8,184 nucleotides of DNA from an uncultured Opitutales bacterium (GTDB lineage: Bacteria > Verrucomicrobiota > Verrucomicrobiia > Opitutales > Intestinicryptomonadaceae). Below the pieces are notes generated by a model. That model saw only the letters and a program-made list of their open reading frames with translations. It searched no databases and was not told the origin of the DNA. Numbering within the stretch: position 1 is the stretch's first letter; each line of letters begins with the position of its first letter. The position numbers and the translations under genes are program-made. This document shows, piece after piece, positions 1 to 4,831 of this stretch. The DNA lies in assembly GCA_934660865.1 (NCBI GenBank), contig CAKUIA010000028.1, forward strand, positions 1-8,184, read 5' to 3'.

Positions 1-261
1 CAGTATGGGATTTTATCTACCTATTTTTATTTGTTTGCAACGGTTTTTTTGCGAAACTTTTTTGTTCTTTTATTTTTGAGTCGTTTTTGACCCATCATTT
101 TTCGCAACTTGCTTTATATCAATATATGCGAATGCACTGGCTTTTTTTGCGCGCTTGAGGTTCGCTACTCTTTCATTTTTGACTATATTTATTTTTAGAG
201 AAAAGCTGACGAGCAATGCAAAATGCCTTCTCTTACACGTCCATAAACGCTTTCAACTTCT

Positions 262-293
262 CTGAACTCAATAGAATTTATATCTCTTTGTAA
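262..293 (-). repeat. Copy D of a diverged ~30-nt module (possible remnant of a small-ORF 5' end)
   Basis: The minus strand reads CAA AGA GAT ATA AAT TCT ATT GAG TTC AGA, which translates to QRDINSIEFR. Codon-aligned to copy B (QKETLDNVFK), 19/30 nt are identical, with K/R, E/D and F conserved. The stop-to-stop ORF continues as LDLQRDINSIEFREVESVYGRVREGILHCSSAFL*. The nearest upstream ATG (309..307) is one frame off. Confidence 0.3.
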
Positions 294-432
294 ATCAAGC
301 TAAAAACATTCTTGATTTTTTAAATCTGTTTATGGACGATAGGTACTAACGGTTGAAGTTTTTGAGCGTGGAAATTTTCGCCTGCCTACGGGATGAGTCC
401 GATGAAGATGTGGCGTTCTTCCAAAAGCTTTA

Positions 433-448
433 GTCGTCTTTTTTGCAT
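433..448 (-). repeat. Copy E, core only, of the same module
   Basis: Plus-strand GTCGTCTTTTTTGCAT resembles copy A GCGTCTCTTTTGCT and copy B GTGTCTCTTTTTGCA. On the minus strand, ATGCAAAAAAGACGAC opens a 20-aa ORF (448..386): MQKRRLKLLEERHIFIGLIP*. Confidence 0.25.
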
Positions 449-628
449 ATTACATTTGCAGTCAAAAACTTATAGCACATATCACATTTGAACGGTGTTG
501 TTAGTGTCTAACTGTGTCTGTAGCCAACTCGCGCCTTAATTAATAAAATAAAACTGCCTACAAAATTTTACGACGTTTTTTTGATTTTTGTTTTATACTT
601 CAGAAACGTAGCCGTTATTCGCTATGGA

Positions 629-661
629 CTTGAACACGTTATCAAGTGTCTCTTTTTGCAG
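629..661 (-). repeat. Copy B of the module; only copy with an in-frame ATG (24-aa ORF, 593..667)
   Basis: The minus strand reads ATG TTA CTG CAA AAA GAG ACA CTT GAT AAC GTG TTC AAG ..., giving MLLQKETLDNVFKSIANNGYVSEV*. There is no SD, but no CDS in this window has one. Confidence 0.4.
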
Positions 662-880
662 TAACATAAAAAGTCTTTGCCCGCAAAATTTTCTTGATAA
701 AAAAGAAGTTATAAACCCTAGTTTGCGTTGGCATTCGGAGGGTTGTGCCAAATTAACAATGTCGTTTTTTTGTATCTAACATTTTGCATTACGAACATTT
801 TATATTCGCTTTTATTCTTACGGACCGCCAATAATACGTCTTGATTTTTGCAAATCGTTTTTCGAGCCTAAACGAGGGCG

Positions 881-910
881 CTGAATATATCGTTAAGCGT
901 CTCTTTTGCT
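881..910 (-). repeat. Copy A of the module
   Basis: Against copy B, 22 of 29 aligned nt are identical, with 2 single-nt gaps. All 7 substitutions are transitions. In the shared minus-strand frame they give T=T (ACG/ACA), D/N, N/D and V/I, so AKETLNDIFS aligns with QKETLDNVFK. The upstream ATG (923..921) is one frame off. Confidence 0.4.
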
Positions 911-944
911 TTTATTTTTTCATTAGGTAAAATCTATTTAAGGC

Positions 945-977
945 AAAAAAAAGACCACTTTCCGCGGTCTTTTTTTT
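945..977 (-). terminator. Rho-independent terminator of the GH71/99-like gene; symmetric, so potentially bidirectional
   Basis: A8-GACC-A-C-TTTCC-G-C-GGTC-T8. The GACC/GGTC stem gains a C958-G964 pair and is extendable through the A8/T8 tracts. It starts 21 nt downstream of the stop codon at 999-1001. A U-tract follows the hairpin on either strand. Confidence 0.75.
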
Positions 978-998
978 GGATTGCGTTGTTGGAGGATT

Positions 999-2279
999 TT
1001 ACCTTTTGGGCATTTCGTCGAGTACTTTGCCGGTTTTTAGCATTTCGCTGATTTTCGAGGCCAAGAACAGGTAGTGGTCTTCGGCAACGCCTTCGGTGCC
1101 TACAAAGGGGCAGCCTTCCGCTACGGGCGGTTCTTTGCGGAGTTTGAATATTGCAGTAGCTTCGTCTATTTCGTCGAACATCGAAATATATATCATATTT
1201 GCGCCGCCTTCTACAGCCTCTTTGCCCATTTCCCAGAAAAACTTTCCGCCAAGTCTCGGCACAAGGTTCAGCTGCGAAGACTTCATAAATCTGGGATTGT
1301 TTTTCATCTTATTATGCCACGAAAACCCCGCATAAATTGTGGGCATATACGAAATCTTGTTTTTGTCGCACCATTCAACGTCGTCGGCAACAACATCGGC
1401 AAAAATGCTTTTCTTAGCCATCATTTTGCCCTCTTTTTTGTTGTAGTTATAGCGCCCTACGTTCCACGGCGAAACAATGTCGGCATACTTTTTAAGGAAA
1501 TCGTGCAAATAGGGTTTTGCCTTAGAGCAGTCGCCGTCGGCTTTCCTAAAGCCGGCGCCCGTGCCTATCATAATGGAGCAGTTGCCGTAAACGGGGTCGT
1601 TCTTTAAAAAGTCTAGGAACTTAACTAAGTCGGTATCCTGCACAAAGTTAAGCCTGTCGTTAAGCCCTATTCCCCATATACATACAAGAGGCTTTCCGTT
1701 ATGGAAAACGTATGTATCTTTTGAAGTAAGCGCCAGTTCGTCGAGCAGCATTTTCCAGTCTTTAATAAGGCCGTCGGCGACTTTTTTGCCGCCCATACCG
1801 CTTAAGTCGTACATTACAATCATACCGACTTTATATTTTTGCGAGGCCTTCATGCAGTTGCCCATAATTTTTACCCAGTCCTGCCAATCGGCTCCCTTGC
1901 GGGTTGTGTGGTAGTAAAATCTCTGAACAAAGGCGGCGTCTATGCCGTATTCTTTCATCCATTTAAAGTGCAAGTCGCTTGTAGAATAGTCTAGCGAGCT
2001 GAACATTTGGGCGGGTTTGCCGTCTTTTTCCAAAAACTTTGTATCGTAGGTTTTTTCGTATTCGCGCATATCCGGCCACATATCAACCCTGCAAGTTTCC
2101 GGGTCGTACAGCCTAAAAAGCTGGCCCTTGCCGCCGTCGGGCGGGCACCTAAACCAGGCCTGATACCCCGTAACCAAAAGCTTGTCGCAACTTTTAAATA
2201 CGGGCGTTGTTGTGTGTTTGCTTTGCGCAAAAGCCGAAATTGCAAATGCGCACAATAGTAGTGTCAGTAATTTTTTCAT
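999..2279 (-). CDS. Secreted glycoside hydrolase, GH71/GH99-like TIM-barrel family (family assignment tentative)
   Basis: 426-aa ORF with a signal peptide (MKKLLTLLLCAFAISAFA|Q). N-terminal GYQAWF...PPDGG and WPDMREYE, and C-terminal ISMFDEIDEATAIFK, match motifs I recall from proteins annotated as 'glycoside hydrolase family 71/99-like' (formerly 'xylosidase/arabinosidase'). The CDS itself is near-certain. The family call was not checked against a database. Confidence 0.6.
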   Translation of the reverse strand: MKKLLTLLLCAFAISAFAQSKHTTTPVFKSCDKLLVTGYQAWFRCPPDGGKGQLFRLYDPETCRVDMWPDMREYEKTYDTKFLEKDGKPAQMFSSLDYSTSDLHFKWMKEYGIDAAFVQRFYYHTTRKGADWQDWVKIMGNCMKASQKYKVGMIVMYDLSGMGGKKVADGLIKDWKMLLDELALTSKDTYVFHNGKPLVCIWGIGLNDRLNFVQDTDLVKFLDFLKNDPVYGNCSIMIGTGAGFRKADGDCSKAKPYLHDFLKKYADIVSPWNVGRYNYNKKEGKMMAKKSIFADVVADDVEWCDKNKISYMPTIYAGFSWHNKMKNNPRFMKSSQLNLVPRLGGKFFWEMGKEAVEGGANMIYISMFDEIDEATAIFKLRKEPPVAEGCPFVGTEGVAEDHYLFLASKISEMLKTGKVLDEMPKR

Positions 2280-2298
2280 TGTTATCCCAAATATATTG

Positions 2299-2442
2299 TT
2301 AAGACAAGTGCTGCCCGATGTTTTTGCAATTTTGGCCGAAAAAGCCCTTAGAAATTGTTACTCCCCTTTCGTCGGTAGACGTACACCCCGAAAAAACGGC
2401 GGCCAACACCGCCAAAATCAACGCAATTTTTAAAATTTTCAT
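2299..2442 (-). CDS. Small lipoprotein (47 aa)
   Basis: An internal ATG of the 68-aa track ORF gives MKILKIALILAVLAAVFSG|CTSTDERGVTISKGFFGQNCKNIGQHLS*. It has a positive N-terminus, a hydrophobic core and a lipobox FSGC. The stop lies 19 nt upstream of the next gene's ATG on the same strand. The longer 68-aa N-terminal extension would run through a terminator hairpin. Confidence 0.5.
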   Translation of the reverse strand: MKILKIALILAVLAAVFSGCTSTDERGVTISKGFFGQNCKNIGQHLS

Positions 2443-2459
2443 ACGGGAAAGCAGCGTAT

Positions 2460-2500
2460 AAAAAATGCGCCCATAGCTCAAGGCTATTTTGGGGCGCATT
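2460..2500 (-). terminator. Rho-independent terminator after the GH39-like gene
   Basis: The minus-strand RNA is AAUGCGCCC-C-AAAAUAGCCUUGAGCUAU-GGGCGCAUU followed by U6. The outer stem is 9 bp (2464-2472 with 2492-2500) and an inner AUAGC/GCUAU stem adds 5 bp. It starts 22 nt after the stop at 2523. On the plus strand no T-tract follows it. Confidence 0.7.
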
Positions 2501-2522
2501 GCCAAAACTTTACCTCACATAG

Positions 2523-4196
2523 CTATTTTTCGACTGGCGTAATTTCGAAAAACACGGCACTATTTCCGCAAAATGTATGGCTTAAATCTATAACGCCGTT
2601 TTCGCCGACTTTTATCGTTTTTACCACGGGTTCAATCTTTGACATTTTTACATATTTTGGCCTCAATTTTTCCATATACAGCTTGTGGTTTTTGGCATCG
2701 CACCAAGCCCTTGTCAAATCTAACTGAACACTATTGGGAGACCACGTAAAGTCGCTATCCTTTAGGTTGTAGATTTTGCGGTCTTTCTTAAACTCGTCGC
2801 AAAAGTTGCTTTTGTAGTCCATTGTTAATGTGGAAATTTTAACCTCTTTGCCGGCAAATTGCGGGGCCAAAATGCGCCACTGCGACGGAACTTCGAAGCG
2901 GTCGTTATAGCAATGTTTTAGCGAATAACCCATTATGCGTAACGTGTTGGCTTTTTTATCGAAACCTGCAAAACCGTTTACTTCGTGCCAGCCTGTTTTG
3001 CCCAACAAATATCGCAAAACGCCCACCCTATTGCAGTTTTTAAATTTTGCAACACTACGCGCTACATAATAACTTGTATGGGGGAAACCCTTATGCGGCT
3101 TGCCCGAAGAATATCCCCAGGAAGCAAAATAGTCTATATCGTTATCGAACATAGTTTTTGCAAGTTTTGCCTCGTAGGAAATTTGATACGAATCGCCTGT
3201 AATGCGCGAAAGCAAATCGCGCTTGTCGCGCCCTTTGTCGCCCCAAGCCATGCGCCCTTCATCTACGCCATATATCAACTTTAAGCCTACTTTTTCGGCT
3301 GCTGTTCGCGCCTCAACAATTTTCATAATAAGAGGCTCTGTTACAATTCTATCGGGAGTAGATTCGTAAAACGAAATTGCGTAAATATCCAACTTCGTTC
3401 CCTTTTTGCCCGTTTTGTAGTTTGTGCCGTTCACACAATGCTCGAACAAAGTTGTAGGATCCCAAAAAGAGCCCTCGCCGCTCATTGCGTGCGCGCCAAT
3501 TTGCACCGTGGGCGAAATGTTTTTTTGAACGGCGTCTACGGTATAGTCGAAAAGCTTAAAATAGGCTTTCATAGTATGTTCCGGGTTTTCGTCTAATGTT
3601 CTAAACCAGCCGTAATTTTCGTATTCGGTAAAAAGTCCGTATCTCCAAGTAGCACATTCCTCTTTGCCGAATTTGTCGGTTAACGCCTTGCAAACCGCCG
3701 TTGCAAACTTGTAGTATTGCTCGAAATCTAGCGGCGGAAACGGATTCATATATTCGCCTTTTACATCGCTTTTGGAAAGCTTGCGCGGAACGCTGAATTT
3801 TACATAGGGCTTAATGTTGTTTTTTAAGAGAATTTCGCAGGCGTTTATAAGTTTCGAAAAATCGTAGTCGTCTAATACGTCGAAATTTTTTGGGTCTTTA
3901 AACGGGTCTCTTTTATACTCGCCGCCAGTGGCCTGCATAATTTGACCGTATTCTACAAACGAGGTATCCATACCCTCGCTTTTATCGAAAGGCTCCATTT
4001 CGTTAATGGCGTCCCAATAATTGTAGTTGCTAACCTTATTGCCCATTTGCGAAGTCGTATCGATTCTATTCATATCCACAACCATTTTTATGGGCATAGC
4101 ATCGTTATGTGCGGTTTCGGCGGTTGAAATATACGAAAAACACATTGCAACCAAAGCAGACAATGCACTCTTAATAACGGATTTCTTCATAATCAT
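2523..4196 (-). CDS. Secreted GH39-like (clan GH-A TIM-barrel) glycoside hydrolase
   Basis: 557-aa ORF with an N-terminal signal peptide. The segment YDFSKLINACEILLKNNIKPYVKFSVPRKLS...PPLDFEQYYKFATAVCKALTDKFGKEECATWRYGLFTEYEN aligns by eye with the GH39 beta-xylosidase region ([33 protein letters not shown]...[24 protein letters not shown]...WPFEIWNEPN). IGAHAMSG resembles VGGPA. The candidate nucleophile strand is LKLIYGVDEGR (E313), about 120 residues after the acid/base position, as in GH39. An alternative start is the ATG at 4190. Confidence 0.55.
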   Translation of the reverse strand: MIMKKSVIKSALSALVAMCFSYISTAETAHNDAMPIKMVVDMNRIDTTSQMGNKVSNYNYWDAINEMEPFDKSEGMDTSFVEYGQIMQATGGEYKRDPFKDPKNFDVLDDYDFSKLINACEILLKNNIKPYVKFSVPRKLSKSDVKGEYMNPFPPLDFEQYYKFATAVCKALTDKFGKEECATWRYGLFTEYENYGWFRTLDENPEHTMKAYFKLFDYTVDAVQKNISPTVQIGAHAMSGEGSFWDPTTLFEHCVNGTNYKTGKKGTKLDIYAISFYESTPDRIVTEPLIMKIVEARTAAEKVGLKLIYGVDEGRMAWGDKGRDKRDLLSRITGDSYQISYEAKLAKTMFDNDIDYFASWGYSSGKPHKGFPHTSYYVARSVAKFKNCNRVGVLRYLLGKTGWHEVNGFAGFDKKANTLRIMGYSLKHCYNDRFEVPSQWRILAPQFAGKEVKISTLTMDYKSNFCDEFKKDRKIYNLKDSDFTWSPNSVQLDLTRAWCDAKNHKLYMEKLRPKYVKMSKIEPVVKTIKVGENGVIDLSHTFCGNSAVFFEITPVEK

Positions 4197-4210
4197 AACG
4201 CTTTCGTTAT
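4195..4210. promoter_or_regulatory. Perfect 6-4-6 palindrome ATAACG-CTTT-CGTTAT (candidate operator)
   Basis: The inverted repeat is read directly from the sequence. It overlaps the candidate -10 hexamer and the first ATG of the GH39-like gene. It is short, so a chance occurrence is plausible. Confidence 0.25.
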
Positions 4211-4234
4211 ACGATTTTCTTGCGCTGGCGTCAA
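4206..4234 (-). promoter_or_regulatory. Sigma70-like promoter for the GH39-like gene
   Basis: On the minus strand, TTGACG (4234..4229) is followed by a 17-nt spacer and TATAAC (4211..4206). The -10 ends 9 nt before the ATG at 4196. Confidence 0.45.
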
Positions 4235-4289
4235 AAAAAATCTTCCAAAAACTCTTGCAGGCAAATAAAAAGCCCTTAGCCTAGCCTTT

Positions 4290-4805
4290 GTGGATATAAT
4301 AGAGCCAAAAAGGGAATATTTAAATTCGTACATACAGGCGTGCCGCGAAACATTCGGGCACGTTCACAACAACTATATTATACACGACCCCGAAAAATCC
4401 GAAATTTGGCAAAACACGATTTTTGACGACTACAAAAATAGCGCTCTTGGAGTGAACTTGCCCAAAGGCTATATGCCCAACAAAACCTATTGGATTGTAG
4501 ACAACGGCGAATATATAGGAACTGTAAACATAAGGCTAAAGTTAAACGACGTTTTGCGCACCTACGGAGGGTCTATAGGGATAATGATAAGGCTTAAGGC
4601 GCGCAACAAAGGGTATGCCAAAAAAGCATTCGCCAAGTCTCTAATTCTTGCAAAAAAACTTGGCTTAAAAGAAATCCTTGTAAGCTGTTTCGAAAACAAT
4701 ATATATTCGCACAAAATTCTTTTAAGCTCGCCCTACAAAAGCCGCGAAAGCCAAATGGTTGTTTTCGACGGCAAAAGCCAAAGGATTTGGCGCTTTTTCT
4801 TTTAA
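4290..4805 (+). CDS. GNAT-family N-acetyltransferase (COG3981-type)
   Basis: 171-aa ORF with a GTG start. The in-frame stop at 4266 leaves no upstream ATG. YWIVDNGEYIGTVNIRLKLND...GGSIGIMIRLKARNKGYAKKAF...LGLKEILVSCFENNIYSHKIL contains GNAT motif A (R-x-x-G-x-A: RNKGYA). Its overall layout matches what I recall of COG3981 'predicted acetyltransferase' proteins. Confidence 0.75.
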   Translation: MDIIEPKREYLNSYIQACRETFGHVHNNYIIHDPEKSEIWQNTIFDDYKNSALGVNLPKGYMPNKTYWIVDNGEYIGTVNIRLKLNDVLRTYGGSIGIMIRLKARNKGYAKKAFAKSLILAKKLGLKEILVSCFENNIYSHKILLSSPYKSRESQMVVFDGKSQRIWRFFF

Positions 4806-4831
4806 AAATTTTAAACAAACATATATAGAAT

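Noticed and set aside
1-90. An open plus-strand frame from the window edge to TGA at 88-90 (QYGILSTYFYLFATVFLRNFFVLLFLSRF*). It could be the C-terminus of a membrane protein.
   Set aside because: The plus strand is so T-rich that any open frame gives an F/L-rich, pseudo-transmembrane sequence. At 29 codons and truncated by the window, it cannot be supported.
396-403. GAGTCCGA, shared between the 5' ORF-free region and the tRNA-Val T-arm. I considered it as a possible att-site remnant.
   Set aside because: It is only an 8-nt match. Between a 77-nt query and 16 kb of two-strand sequence, several such matches are expected by chance, and the flanks do not extend the match.
370-422. A locally GC-richer segment that can fold as GGAA..CGCC..[CGGG-ATGAG-TCCG]..GGCG..TTCC. 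I considered it as a possible riboswitch or sRNA.
   Set aside because: The stems are only 4 bp each, with large asymmetric internal loops. It matches no riboswitch consensus I know. The nearest T-run (439-444) is 17 nt away and has no adjacent hairpin. The segment also overlaps small ORF copy E.
1074-1607. A 177-aa plus-strand ORF. Other ORFs antisense to confident genes are 1096-1335, 1991-2245, 2007-2258, 2182-2433, 2985-3284, 3942-4127 and 4027-4284.
   Set aside because: All lie inside, or largely opposite, well-supported CDS with recognisable domains. Their translations are low-complexity, rich in F/C/R/V, and have no recognisable motifs. These are typical shadow ORFs.
2299-2505. The full 68-aa version of the small minus-strand ORF, starting MAMRPKIALSYGRIFYTLLSR.
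   Set aside because: The extra 21 N-terminal codons coincide with the terminator hairpin and U-tract of the upstream gene. The internal Met yields a clean lipoprotein signal peptide, so the 47-aa form is preferred.
4289-4300. TGTGGATAT, a one-mismatch DnaA-box-like 9-mer, and a perfect TATAAT at 4295-4300.
   Set aside because: A single isolated near-box is not an origin. The TATAAT lies inside the GNAT ORF, has no acceptable -35, and has no in-frame downstream start that would preserve the conserved GNAT N-terminus.
4290-4805. The GNAT as the toxin of a GNAT/RHH (TacT/AtaT-like) toxin-antitoxin pair.
   Set aside because: There is no antitoxin-sized ORF in the 93-nt upstream gap or immediately downstream. 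The sequence resembles the COG3981 acetyltransferase layout rather than tRNA-acetylating toxins.
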